Positions 51,501 to 64,000 of a DNA stretch of 64,000 nucleotides are shown here, one piece after another. Made by a program: the position numbers and the translations under genes. The DNA comes from Callorhinchus milii. Its lineage: Eukaryota. The stretch's first letter is position 1, and the number at the start of each line of letters is the position of its first letter. Location: the NCBI RefSeq assembly GCF_018977255.1, contig NW_024704743.1, positions 33,978,001 to 34,042,000 on the forward strand. Reading direction: 5' to 3'. The notes beneath the pieces are model-generated. The model saw only the letters and a program-made list of their open reading frames with translations. It was not told where the DNA came from and ran no database searches.

Positions 51501-53746
51501 GTTACTCTCCCTGGTCATATGCATCCTTGCCTCATCCCAGGGAGTTTAGGCACAGGTTGGCAAAATGCAAGACTTGATGACACCAGTGTGTGTTGATGTG
51601 CTGCTGGAGTTTAATCACGGGTAAGCCAGGAACACCCTAGTCATTAAGCTGTTGGGTTTGCAAGAGACAAGTGGGAGGAACCCCAGTGACTGCTCCTCCT
51701 AAACTTGTTTTCATGTGTCTATCCAGTGATTTGCTTTCTGCAGCAAGTGCTAGAAAAGGAGCAGGTTATTGAGCAAGTTCAGTATTTCTTCTATGATATT
51801 GAAATGTACAAAATAGCATTTGTAGTATTGTAAGATTTTTCCATAATAAATATGGATACAGTATAAATTCAGTGGCTATTTTTTTCGATAATCCTTAGTT
51901 TGTAAAGTATTGGTGTAAATTTGAAAAAACAATGTTGCTCTATCTCTGACTGAAGTGCAAATGTTCAGGTGATGATTATGTGCTTGTACTGTTCGCAATC
52001 AGCAGAGCGGAAGAAAGGACCAAAGAACAAACTTAGCATGATTGTACTAGAGTCGTAACTTGATGTTCCAAATGATTGAGACCCAAGTGACATCAACACT
52101 TGCAAGCTTATGCAAAATGACTGCAGTTCACAAACTGTTTTTTGTTATTCATTAAGGATTTATCTTGAAGAGCAGAGCCCTTCTTATCTATCAGCACAGA
52201 CCTTGGCAGATAAGCAACATAATTTGTTGGCTTTTCCACTGCCAATTGCTTTGCACAACTCTGTTAGAGTAACAAAGGAAACAGAGTGCTGGCAAATCTG
52301 CCAATGCAGGTCATTTTTTACATTGTGCTTATAAAATGAGTAAAACTGCTTATGCCAATTAGGCTACCAAGAAAGTGAGACAAATGTACCATCTTAACTA
52401 ACAGTGCTTCTGAAATCCATTAGATTATTCGTTCTGAATGTTCCACTTGGATCCATTCTACAATTAGTGGCAATTGATGTCGCTGCATAGATTCATTATC
52501 CAAATCAGTTCCTAAATGAACCTCTTGTTCTTTAAGCCACAGTTTTGAAATCCTAATTATCTCTCCTTATGAGTAATACTGGAGGTAAAATTAAAGTGAG
52601 CATCTAGATTTTTGATATAATCAAGACTGGGGTGTTATAGCACTTCTAAAATGAATCGATGAACATGTTTCCTCAATCCTTATTGTAATATTCTGTAGTG
52701 GAAAGTGTTTCAGCCTCATAACCGGAGCATTTGTGTTGAGCAGCACAAGTGAAGTATAACTTCATTTCTGGTGTATTTTATAACTCTTATCTTGACATGC
52801 ATAATGTGCAAGACTAACAGGTGCTGCTTATACTAAACCACACTAATGGGGAAACAGTTGCAGCTTCCTATATTTCTCTTTTGTGGCTTCCTTGGCAACC
52901 ATTTTCTGTTCTGTCGGTTCATGAAAGGGATGAAAAGGTTTAGCTTCCTGCATCACTGTTGAGCCAACTGCTGCCCTCTCCTGAAAGAGTGGCTGACAAA
53001 TGTTTACACAACAGCAAAACCATGCGTTTCTCTGGGTAGTTCACCAGAAGTCACTCAAACTGCCAAGTTCCAGCAGCCATCAGTACTGTTTTGAATCCAT
53101 CACTCTTGTGTTAAATGCCTTGCGGTTGTGTTCAAAGCTGTTAAATTACCATTGATAATTCTACTACAACATCAAAATCAGTAAATGAATAGAAATGTTG
53201 TAATGATCTTGGCTGCTTCCAAATAGTAACTGAATTCTGTGCATAGAAAACAGGATGGTTTGTGTTTGGATTCCTATTTAATCCCGAGCAATGCATTGTA
53301 ACAAATCTGGCCTGTTAATATTTCCATACAACTTATGAGAATCCCACATTGATGAGGTGAGGAGCACATATCTTGGTTACATTTTTAATTGCCATCTGAA
53401 GCAAACATTGTAGCACCTCTAGGGATGTGGCATTGTGAAGTATTAGATGATTACTGTCAGAGTTGAGAATGCAATGTTCTTCTCCGAAGTATTCCTAAAC
53501 TTGCACCAACCTCATCGAAGTGGTTAAAACCATTAGATACTCGTCAAAACTGCTTGTGTGAAATGAGCATCAAAGCACCATTAAATTGGACTCTGGGGGT
53601 GTATTGGTCTTGAGCCAGTTTTGAATGCGAAACCGTTCTAAGCATATGCAGTTGTAGCATACAATGTGCCCTGCTATAACCTGTTCAGCATAATGCGATG
53701 TTTGGAATTGGAGTTTTTAAAAAAATGTTTTTCTTCATTTCCTCAG

Positions 53747-53932
53747 ACGGTTGTTTTTCATGCATGTAAGGGATGATCTCCTCGGAGAGCGACAGCAGTG
53801 TTCACCAGAGCAGGCTGTTGAATTAAGTGCATTGCTAGCACAAGCTGAGTTTGGAGACTACAACCAAAACACTGCCAAGTACACTTACCAGGACCTATGC
53901 TCAAAGGATTTGGACACTACCACATTGAACAG
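53747..53932 (+). CDS. MYLIP: MYLIP coding exon 3 (186 nt; FERM F2)
   Basis: cctcag|[45 protein letters not shown]...TLN|gtaaag. Confidence 0.96.
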
Positions 53933-54342
53933 GTAAAGGGACTGCACAAGGCTAGGTACAGTGGAACATTACTTACAAACCCAGTTATAATAAAGTTTTT
54001 GCTGTGCTGCTGGTCATTAAGTTCCATTTAGCTATCTGAAATCTTTGCATAATATCCTGAGAACTATGTTGTCAGTTTCTTCTTCAGGTTTGTAATAAAA
54101 TTCCATTACACCGCTATACTTTTCTGCGAATTGTAGTCCAATAGCAGTATTTTGAGGAAAGAGGAAAATATTTGTCCTATTATTCTCTCCTCTTCGCTCC
54201 CCCCACCCCATTATAGTTTATAATCCATTGAATTTGCACATTACAACAAACCAAATTTCTTTTTTCAAATGCCTTCTGGAAAAGATGACTTTTCCTGGTA
54301 GGGAAAAATAGCTTGAACATTTCTCTGTGTTTTTTTTAACAG

Positions 54343-54540
54343 TATTGTTGCAAAGCACAAAGAGTTGGAAGGATCGAGTCAATGTACAGTCGAATACCAG
54401 GTTCTCCAGATTATATCAGCACTGGAACATTATGGCGTTGAGTGGCACATTGTGAAGGATGGTGATGGACAGAAAATGATGGTTGGCATTGGGCCTGATG
54501 GCATTTCTGTCTGTAAAGAAGACTTGAGTTTAATTAACAG
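54343..54540 (+). CDS. MYLIP: MYLIP coding exon 4 (198 nt)
   Basis: ttaacag|[65 protein letters not shown]|gtaatt; absent from the ORF track. Confidence 0.96.
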
Positions 54541-54585
54541 GTAATTAGCACAGACTACTTGGATTGTTTGCCTGAACAATAATGA

Positions 54586-54700
54586 AATAATAATCCTTGC
54601 ATTTGATATAGCGCCTTATCACATCGTTGAGACATCTCAAAGAGCTTCACAGAATATATTGCATTGGATTGACCATATTTTGTGGACGAAGAGCTAAATA
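54586..54700 (-). mobile_element. SINE 3' fragment
   Basis: aataataatccttgcatttgatatagcgccttatcacatcgttgagacatctcaaagagcttcacag. Confidence 0.75.
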
Positions 54701-54802
54701 CAGTAAGAAAATATTGTAATGGACACTTGTATCTGTGATTGATGGCCAGGCCATACCGGAAAGTCGTGCAGTTTGTGATGAGTAAGCAAGAGTCAATGAT
54801 GA

Positions 54803-54950
54803 ACAAAACACAAAATACTGCAGATGCTGGAATCTGAAATAAAATACCAGGTCGTCAGAAGGGTCGTGGACCCGAAACGTTGACTCACTTTTCTTTCTCC
54901 ATAGATGCTGCCTGACCTGCTGAGTTTTCCCAGCTCTCTCTGTTTTTGTT
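54803..54950. mobile_element. Penelope-like pseudo-LTR relics in inverted arrangement, with hammerhead stem II and GAAAC
   Basis: caaaatactgcagatgctggaatctgaaataaaa (minus copy), then gggtc-gtg-gaccc-gaaacgttgac..ctccatagatgctgcctgacctgctgag (plus copy). Confidence 0.65.
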
Positions 54951-55039
54951 GAAGCAAGAGTCAATGTTTGCTCTCGCGGGTCTGAACTCCTCAACCTCCC
55001 CGGGCTCTCTCTCAGACTCTCCGAACCCATGCGCAACAT

Positions 55040-55690
55040 AGGGTTTTGATCCCCAGCTTTTCTTTCTATTACATATGTGTTCCCTGACCAGGACTACTTT
55101 TTCCCACCTCTGTCACATTGCCTGCCTCCGTCCGTACCTCACTCCCACAGCAGTCGAATCCCTCGTCCACACCTTCGTCACTTCCCGGCTGGACTATTCT
55201 AATGTCCTTCTCGCTGGTCTCCCTAGCTCCACCATACGCAAAATAGAATTAATTCAAAACTCTGCGCCTGGATGCTCACCCACACGAAACGCCATATGCC
55301 CGTCACACCAGTCTTTGCCACTGGCTCCCAATCACCAAATTATCTATTTCAAGATCCTCTCACTCGTTTTCAAATCCCTTCATTCCCTCGCACCACCCTA
55401 ACTATCTGAACTGCTTACCCCCCACTCCACCACCCGCTGCCTCTGCTTGGCTGACCGGCCTACTGTTTGTCTCTCGTCCCCTCCCTTCACCATCGGTCAC
55501 CGTGCCTTCAATCACTAGGCTCCCAAGCTCTGAAACTCTCTCCCTCAATCCCCCTACCTTGCCCCCTCCCTTTCCACCTTCAAATCCTGCCTAAAGATCT
55601 TTTTGATTGTGCTTACAGTCACCTCCCCTCTCCCCGGCTCGTTGTCATACTACCCCTCGTGAAGGGAGCTGTATAAATGAACGTTGTTTG
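55040..55690 (+). mobile_element. Older L2 3' fragment
   Basis: LVHTFVTSRLDYSNVLLAGLPSSTIRKIELIQNSA. Confidence 0.85.
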
Positions 55691-56120
55691 ATTTTTAAAA
55701 ACGATAGGAATCTTGAAGATATACTGCTTCCAAATGAACAAATTCTTCTAGGTTTTGTTTGTCAAGTAGCTATATCAGGCTGCAAAAAGCTGAGATTTCT
55801 TATTTTGAGGCTACTCTTCTCCATTCAGAATCCAAACCATATTGAGAAAGCTGCCTATGCATTTGTTTTGTTGCTTTAAGATGTAGCAGGTGAAGGAGAC
55901 CATCTTTCAATTCAAATTCACTGTAGAAATTTCACTGTATTGAATGAATAATGCTGCAGTGGCAAAAACGGACTTTATACATTTTTCAAAAAAATATTAT
56001 AAGAAAATTATAGTATTGTGTTAAGTTTTCATTCTCTCATACATAAAATCTACAATCCATTGAGCAGAGTATTGCTACATGGTAAAATAATTTCATTGTG
56101 TATTTATGTTTTACCTGCAG

Positions 56121-56285
56121 GATTTCATACCCTATCATCCAGATGGCAACCCAGTCAGGGAAAAATGTCTATCTTACCATTACCAAGGAGTCTAGTGGCA
56201 GTGTAACATTGATGTTGAAATTGATCAGCACTAGAGCAGCAAGTGCCCTTTATCGTGCGATAACAGAAACCCATGCATTTTATAG
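56121..56285 (+). CDS. MYLIP: MYLIP coding exon 5 (165 nt; FERM F3)
   Basis: cctgcag|[54 protein letters not shown]|gtatgg. Confidence 0.97.
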
Positions 56286-57063
56286 GTATGGATTTTCATA
56301 ATTGCTGTTGCCTCTGCATTGATAAGTTTCCAAACTCTGTAACTATGTGCTAGATATACTCTACCGATTCCTTGGATTTCTCTTATCAAGTGGATGATGA
56401 TTATCCTTGCATTGATATAGCACCTTTCATGTTGGAATGACACTGCAACGGGTTTTTACATTAAATCCCGTGTTTCACGGAATTTAATGTAAAATGAAGC
56501 TGCTGTGATTTGAAGGCAAATTTTATACCCGCTAATTTGTAGATGCTTGTGACTGATGATTTTCAACTTGTGCATTGACTGCTCTTAGTTTAGATTTTTT
56601 GATTTTCGAATGAATATAATTAATTGAAACTATACTGACTACAGTCTAGTAAAGAAGACAAGGTTATTAGTGTGTGGACAGACTGAGTTTTTAACAATTT
56701 GCTCATGTTCTCAATCGCATTCCTTAAAACCAATTTTATTGCAGTGGTAATGGAATTGTAGTCATTGATCGTAACCATTGATAAATCCTGACCTCCTTCA
56801 TGCATTTTTCAGACATGTATAAAACACTGACTTCAGTTTGCATCGATTAAATGTCAGTATTCCCATTAACAAGCGCCAGATTGAAGCCAGTAATACAAAC
56901 CGATTTATTTTTAAAAAANGGAAGCTGCTTTTTTCAATTGTTAAATTAAATCAGCATCTGAAAGATAACGATCCATTCTCAATAATAGCTAAAATGTATT
57001 TGCTTTAGACTAGTTACCACATGGGATTGTAAAAATCACTTTCTATATTAATTTGATTTTCAG

Positions 57064-57484
57064 GTGTGACACTGTTACAGATGCTGTCCTGATGCAATAT
57101 AGTAGGGACTTCAAGGGACACCTTGCTTCTTTGTTCCTCAATGAAAATATCAGTCTTGGTAAGAAGTACGTCTTTGACATCAAACGCACATCCAAGGAGG
57201 TCTATGACCATACGCGACGAGCTTTATATAATGCTGGCATTGTAGACTTTGTCCCACGCAACGACCCAGACGCTCAGAACTCGCCACTTAAATCTTCAGA
57301 CAATGAACTGAACTGTAACAGCTGTGAAGGGCTCAGCTGCCAGCAAAGCCAGGCACTCCAGGAGAAGTTTCGAAAGCTGAAAGAGGCATTGTTATGTATG
57401 GTGTGTTGTGGCGAGGAGATCAATACAGCCTTCTGCCCCTGTGGTCACATGGTCTGCTGTGATACCTGTGCTTCCCAACTACAG
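57064..57484 (+). CDS. MYLIP: MYLIP coding exon 6 (421 nt; F3c, linker, RING N-part)
   Basis: tttcag|[28 protein letters not shown]...[32 protein letters not shown]|gtgaga. Confidence 0.97.
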
Positions 57485-58066
57485 GTGAGATGGTCTTCAG
57501 AGAGCTTCATATTTGGTATAAAGTTAAATGACCCTTTTGTATTATCATTTTTTTAAAGATTTCAGTGTGGATGGATGCTGCCCAATTAATAAATCTTCTT
57601 TGCAGTTAGCTGCATTCTGTCACAGCTCACCTTTGTAGTCTGACATTTAATATAGTCTGACATTTAATGTGCAGCATTGCACAAGTTAGAATTCAGCCTT
57701 CAAGTGATGCTGGTTAAGTGTCTGATGTAGACTAATCAGCTGAAATGATTCTGAAAAATTTGCACAAAAATAGAATCAGTAAGCCCAGACAATTTACTAG
57801 GTTTCAGGATTAAGTGGGACTTATTTGGCATATAAATTTACATTATTAAAAAATGTAGTCTGATGCAAGCAATCAGTTTAAGGGTTCAATATGATCTCGT
57901 ACACTATGTGTTTACTCACCTTTGCTGTGCCGACATAGGAAAACTGAGGAAATGACCAGATTTTGTATTGGCAAAGTTTTCAATATTATGCAAAAGCAAA
58001 AATACTGCAGTTTGTCTTTAAATTATCATCAGTCTGTATCTAATGCTGTTTTTATAAATATTTCAG

Positions 58067-58156
58067 GCTTGTCCAGTCTGTCGGTCCCTAGTGGATCACG
58101 TTCAGCATGTATTCCTGCCTACTTGTGCCAGTTTACTCAACCTGACAGTGATCTGA
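58067..58156 (+). CDS. MYLIP: MYLIP coding exon 7 (90 nt including TGA; RING C-part)
   Basis: tttcag|[29 protein letters not shown]; total CDS 1338 nt = 445 aa plus stop. Confidence 0.96.
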   Translation, partial: ACPVCRSLVDHVQHVFLPTCASLLNLTVI

Positions 58157-59351
58157 ATGTTCAAGGGATTAATCGCTTTATAGACAGGGTGAGTCTAGAG
58201 CAAACCAGCATTACAGAAGAAAATAGGAAGTACTTCCCCTTGTTCGACCCAGTGCCGTGCATCAGCTTGTATTCAGCTATCGTCTTCCTGCTTCTTCATG
58301 GCAAATTTTGGAAGTTTGATGTGACTCTTGTGAGGCATTCAAGATGACTCCAAGGAATCTTCAGATCGATTGTATTAGACTGATTGATATTTTTTAAAAA
58401 TTTCACTAAATAATCGACACATCATTTCTGAATCAGTTGACCTGATAAAATAGTACTGTAGTATTTCATTTTTCAAAACTTATTTTAGATCTTGTAATGA
58501 GTTGTTATTACTGCCAGAACAATCACTCGCCAGGAAATGGCATAGTCTTTCTCTGATCAAAAACTCCTTACATTGTTTATTCAAGTTGTTTTGATGAGTT
58601 TTTTTAAAAGAGACTTTTTAAAATATTATTCTGCTGTTTAAATTCCTAATTTCTTTAAATATGATGACTCCAAAAAACCTGCAATATTGATGTGTGGTAG
58701 AATGGTTGAGGTGTGTGTGGATATAATATCCGTTAGTTTTATTGTTCATCCTTTTTAAGCTAATAACATGGAGAAAAGCTGTTCCTTAAACCAGTTTTGT
58801 TTTAAGATGGTTCTTATTGCGTTGCCTCTGTACAGCAAAGAGTTATTCACCAAATATGCAATTCCAGGAGTTCTGCTCTTATTGTCAATGGCGCTGAAAA
58901 GCTCAAGTACAAAGGAAGGCAAAGGGCATTTTAAAACCAGGTTTTTGTGACTTTTTCCATCCTGAAATGTGGTCAATAAGTAGATTCTTTCAGATGCAAA
59001 CACTTGCTCAAAGACTTGCTAGAAGACCAATTTGAGTGCAATACTGGCTGCTTAAGGCTAGGGTTAAACTACAGTGTCACTTTATTGAGGAATTTCCAAA
59101 GTGTATTGTTCATAGGGTTGCCTTAATGTAGCAGCAATGAGATACTGTCTTATGTACAGATCTTCCTTTGCACAGATGTTCAGACTTTTTAAAAAATATA
59201 TCGACTCAAATCACATGTTTAGCACATGGTCTCCTGCTCAAGGGGTATCTATTTTTTCACTTTGTATTAAAAAGAGTTTCCAGTTAAAGCAAAAGTTCCA
59301 TTGTGTATGCCAGATTATCTTCTGTCTTTTTATATTACTTTAAAACATGTT

Positions 59352-59357
59352 AATAAA
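59352..59357 (+). terminator. Probable MYLIP polyadenylation signal AATAAA (3'UTR ~1.2 kb)
   Basis: AATAAA after a repeat-free AT-rich stretch, followed by a GU-rich tract (aatgtgttgg). Confidence 0.65.
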
Positions 59358-59692
59358 TTTTGTATCAATTAATGCAATGTGTTGGATTATCTCTTTATAC
59401 TGTATAAATACTTCAGCGGTTGGGCTTTTAGTCTATCTGTCCCCACTGTTGGAGGTCTGACATGTGGCTCAGCTTCACACTGTGTGATGTGTTTGTCTAG
59501 TAGATTGTCTAAAATATCTAGCAAAATAATTTTTCATGTATTGCAAAAAAAATTTAATAACCATTATCTGTTTTATGTTAAATTGACTTCACCCAATTAA
59601 TGTCTTTGGATATCTCAGTCTCTAAGCAACTTATGGATTTGTTTCAAATTGCAACCTGAAAAAGTCAAAGGTCTTGTTCGACAGCCTCTTAA

Positions 59693-60180
59693 AACAACTA
59701 TAACAACTTGCGTTTACGTAGTGCCCCTCACGAAGGGTAGGGTCCCAGAGCGCTTGACATGGCGGAGCACAATGCCAGGGGGAGGTGACTAGGCACGGTC
59801 GAATATGAAGGTCTTCTGGCGTGACCTGAAAATGGGGAAGGCAGGGGGAAGGCGGAGGGATGGAGGAAAAGTGGCTGAAAACGTAGCCACCAAGTTTACC
59901 GGAGTTTTGGATCAGTTGGATCCTGTGCATGGTGGAGCTGGGGAGACTGGCATAGAGGGCATTTGAGAAGTGGAGTTGGGAGGTGACGAATGCATGGACA
60001 AGTGTTCCGGCTATGTCTGGGATACAGTACAGTCGGAGGCGGGCAATGTGGCAGAGGTGGAGGAAGGCAGTCCTGGTCAGGGACTGGATGTGGGGAAGGA
60101 AGGACAGCTGTGGGTCAAACCTGACGCCTAGGTTGCGCATTGGTTAAGTAACTGAGGGATAGGCTGGGGAGGTTAATGGA
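59693..60180 (-). mobile_element. L2 3' fragment
   Basis: MRNLGVRFDPQLSFLPHI...LVHAFVTSQL...IQLIQNS. Confidence 0.85.
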
Positions 60181-61728
60181 GGAGAGAGGGAGAATGTAGG
60201 ATTGTTTTTGTGATGTGATTTTTATGTTTGAAAGAATGGGTGGAATGTAATTCTTTTTATATTTGCTTTTATATACTATTGCTGCTTTTATATTCTAGCT
60301 GCCATCAGAAGCACATCCATCTATACAGGTATTTAGTAACGTAAAAAGTTTTCTCGGTGAGAGAAAGAGAACCCTTTTCAAAGTAGAAATCTCTCATTGC
60401 CTCCGTATAGAATACATTTGACTCTAGAGTGAAAAGGTTGGCACAGCAGTGATGGGGACGGAATGATGTGTGGCACGTGCAAAACTGATCTTTAATAGTC
60501 GGGTGAGATCACTGCTTGAGATGTAAGCGCAATTTTCATTATCTCTGGAGCCAAATAACAGTAATAGAATCAGGTAACAACCTATGAACAAAGTCATCCC
60601 TTATTCATGAAAAAAAAACCCTCCTTGCATTTGATATAATGCCTTGCATTACCGGAGGTCATCTCAAAGCACTTCACGGGATTTATTGTAAAACGGCGCG
60701 ATTATTTGTAGGTGAATGTGGCAGCCCATTTGAGAACAGCAATGTCCAACAGACAGCCACAAACGTGTGCATCTGCTGGCCTCTGGCCTTAGTTTTGCAA
60801 AAAAATAGTTTTGCACAGGTGGTGGTTGTCATTTCTCTGTGCACGGAATTGCTTCAAATGTTCATTCGCGTATAAATCGAACTAACATGACACAGGCCTC
60901 CAATGTTGAAATGTCTATGAAATGTATCACTTTGTGAAAGTGTACCCATATGTAACGCATATTCCTGCTGACCAAGCTTGATCCTGCCTTGTATCTTTCT
61001 GTGCACTTTATAGCAGGTGTCTCCAGAACCACTAGGGTGAAGACAACCATTTTGGAATTGACTTGAGTATCACTCCTCCACGCTTAAGTGTTGTACATAC
61101 AAACGCAAGGATTATTATTCAACAATTGGCAGCAGAAAACATGGCCAATGTTCCCCTCTCTAATGTATTGCGGCTGAGACCAATTGAGGCATCTTGGTTG
61201 AGATTGGTTTACTCAGACTGGAATGGGAGCCTGCACTCCTGCCAATTGTCTGGTCCTGCAATTGGCAGTGTATTTGCCCACTAAGGCATCTGGAATGTTT
61301 TATCATTGACAAAATAAACTGCTAAACTGTTAATTAAATTGTCATTGTTAATTGAATGAAACTGAAGGCACTAGGGACTGGTGATTATTTTAATGATTAA
61401 TTTCCATTTTCGTAATTGACTGGTGTATCACTGTTCCATGCTTCTCATTGAGAGAGAAAGAGATATGGTAAATTAGAGGTCAAAGGAAAGGAAGAAGAGA
61501 ACAAACCAATGAGAAAAAAGCATCCAGACAGTGAGACATTGGTTCTGTTGTTTGCTTCAGCTGTAAACCTGATGTCGGGCAGCCTGTCTAGAATTCTTTC
61601 AGTGGGTTTGCGGTTAGCTTCAAAGGGCCTTAGAGAACATGACTCTTTGACTCTTTATTTGGTACCAAGACTTCCCGGGTGGGTGAGCAGACAGTGGCTC
61701 TGGAGAAGCCCATTGCCTTGTCAATATT

Positions 61729-61910
61729 AATAATAATAATAATCCTTGCCTTTGATATAGTGCCTTATCACATCTTCCAGACATCTCAAAGTGCTTTACA
61801 GAATATAATGTAAAGTGAATTGACTATATTTTGTGAGAGAATCGCAGCAGCCAATTGTGCACAGAAGTGTCCCACAATCAGTCGTGGATTGAGTGACCAT
61901 ATTATTATCA
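61729..61910 (-). mobile_element. SINE 3' half
   Basis: (AAT)n tail and body through gattgagtgaccatattatt. Confidence 0.8.
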
Positions 61911-63049
61911 AATCATGTTGAAGGAGACTTCACAGGAAGGAATCGAAGAGTGGATGAGAGAAAGGAATGGAGTAAACACAAATCACGTCCTTTTTGATGG
62001 CCTGCCACTTTTAGGAAAAGAGAATATTCATAAGATTGTTAAATCCTTGACTTAACCTTTTGAAGTGCCGGAGATAATCCTCTTGTGAGCTGGCTGTAGT
62101 TTACACTCACCTAATGTTTTGTTTTGATTATTTTTTCTCTGAAACTAAGGATTTGTGAGAAGCTGCATTTTCTGCCACAGTGAAATGGTGCCAATGATTT
62201 GAAATTATAGTCTATGTGAATTGAAGAAAATGATGGTTGTTAAAGTCACACACTGCTCCAAAGCCTCACAATACACCAACAATGAGCTGCCCCATTCATA
62301 CTGTATTGTCATTTATCTGCAAAATACAGTCACTATACAGTAAATCCTGAGAAGGGCTTTGAGGATGTTTTACTAATGTGAAAGGCGCTATGTCAAAGGA
62401 TATGTAATATAGCCATGTGAATCACCACCAATTCAGATTCAAATGTGTGTAAAAACTGCTATAAAAAATATTATCACCTTGGAATCGAATTGGGAAAACC
62501 TTTGTGTAACGTAAACATTTGTGAAGCTCTATTTTGTTATACAAAATATCAGTGTTGCAAATAGTATCATTGTGCTACTGGAGCGAGATGCTGATATATG
62601 CAGCATATTTGTGTGGGTATTTTCACCTTCCTCTGCAAAATGGCAGTGATTTCCCCCTTTAACTATTTATTACCAATCTATTCCTCAGCATATCCTGAGT
62701 TTGCAAAGTTGCCACAGATGGGGGGAAAAAATCTAGAGAGCTTTTTGTAATAAAAGATTAGAATTAAGGAGCTTTTATTTCAGCTTCAGGAGGAAAAGGA
62801 ATACATGACCATAAAAGTTTTTAACTTTCACAGTAACCACGCAATGGTGAATTTTTCGAAGCAACGCAAGGATGAAAAAGACAAAATGACTCACAACTCC
62901 ACAAATGCTGTTACTGCATCAAATCCAGCAACGCATCAGTAAGACCCTCAGTAAACTCGTGCCATGCAGGGTCAGCCTGTTGGTGTCAGTCACTCTATAG
63001 CAAGAGCTACATTTAGGTCGGTCTTGTGATCTAATAACTCAACAAGAAC

Positions 63050-63360
63050 ATCAACAACAATTTTCACTTGTGTAGCACCATTCATGAAGAGGAAGCATCT
63101 CAAAGTGCTTTACAAAGCCGGAGTCTGGGATAGGGAGACAGGAGCTGGTCAAAGGCATAGTCAAAGAGATAGATCTTTAGCAGAGCAGAAGGGGGGGAGG
63201 TGGAAGGATCTCAGAAGAGAGTTCCAGAGCACAAGGCAAAGTAGCTGAAAGCTTTCGCAGCAATGAAGGAAATCAAGCGGCAAAAAACAGGCCACAATTT
63301 GCAGATTGGAGGGAGTAGGACTAGGGTTTTCAAGATTGATTGACTTTAAGATCCTCATTT
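63050..63360 (-). mobile_element. Old L2 3' fragment (a second one at ~63778-64000)
   Basis: caacaa tail, gagttccagagcacaagg and MRILKSINL-like L2 remnant. Confidence 0.55.
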
Positions 63361-64000
63361 TCCAATGGATTTTAGTGTCAAAATGGAAGAGAAGCTTGTG
63401 AAACCTGTTGAGTTGACTTAAGGGTCAATAACGTGCAGACATCTCTAACACTTAGACCACTGTAATACTCAAGTTACCTGTGTGTTAGTTTTATTTAGCA
63501 CCAGGCTTTGGAAAGATAACAGTGTTATCACCATTTTTCATGGAAGAGAAGTAACACTGTGTGCAAAGGCATTTCTATTCCTGGAACACGGCTATTACCC
63601 TTATACAAAAGGAACTGCAGCACTCACTGGTTTTATACGTATGGTGGAGGAAGAAGGGTATGGAAACATGCCATTGAGAAGATTTTCTTTGTCAGTCCGG
63701 TGTCTGACACAAATGGAAACCCATCAGAGTTTCCAAACCAGACTGAGAGTAACGCATATGAATACCACCTATTGTAGCAACAAGAATAACTTGCTTATCG
63801 TAGATATCCATTAAGCAAGATAATGTCTTGGAACACTGTATAGGGGCTGGTTCAACATCAAGAAAGGGGAGAGGGAGGTGACCTTAGGTGCGGTCAAATA
63901 GGTAGGTCTTAAGGTGAAATTTAAAGTTATGTAAAGAGGGGGTAAGGTAGATAGATTGAGGCAGGGAGCTCTAGAGGTTAGGGGTTGAGTGGCTGAAGGC

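Noticed and set aside
56919..56919. Ambiguous base N in intron 5
   Set aside because: An assembly ambiguity or gap marker, not biology; intron 5 length may be uncertain.
57922..58347. 141-aa ORF over the last exon
   Set aside because: Wrong frame; the exon 7 frame gives CPVCR and completes the RING.
59400..64000. Exons of a downstream neighbour (GMPR in other vertebrates)
   Set aside because: No recognisable coding sequence; only repeats and unique non-coding DNA.

Overview
Repeat-rich vertebrate genomic DNA, most likely from a cartilaginous fish and probably a holocephalan (inferred from the SINE/L2/CR1/Penelope repertoire). The one recognisable protein-coding gene is MYLIP/IDOL (FERM + RING E3 ligase of LDL receptors) on the + strand: 7 coding exons at 41768-58156, all introns GT-AG, splicing to an intact 445-aa ORF, with a 3'UTR to a polyA signal near 59352. 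The upstream ~39 kb and the introns hold CR1 and L2 LINE fragments, a young tRNA-Ala-like SINE, older Deu-domain SINEs, Penelope-type pseudo-LTR relics, foldback elements and a solo LTR nested in a SINE. Highlights: two near-canonical LXR DR4 elements plus a weaker third in intron 2; miR-17~92 seed sites in the 3'UTR; a CRE/CCAAT island separated from exon 1 by ~1.7 kb of simple repeats; a uORF; a SINE tail at the exon 2 branch point; a 97-bp inverted repeat; degenerate hammerhead ribozymes. Exon and motif coordinates were counted directly; repeat boundaries are approximate.
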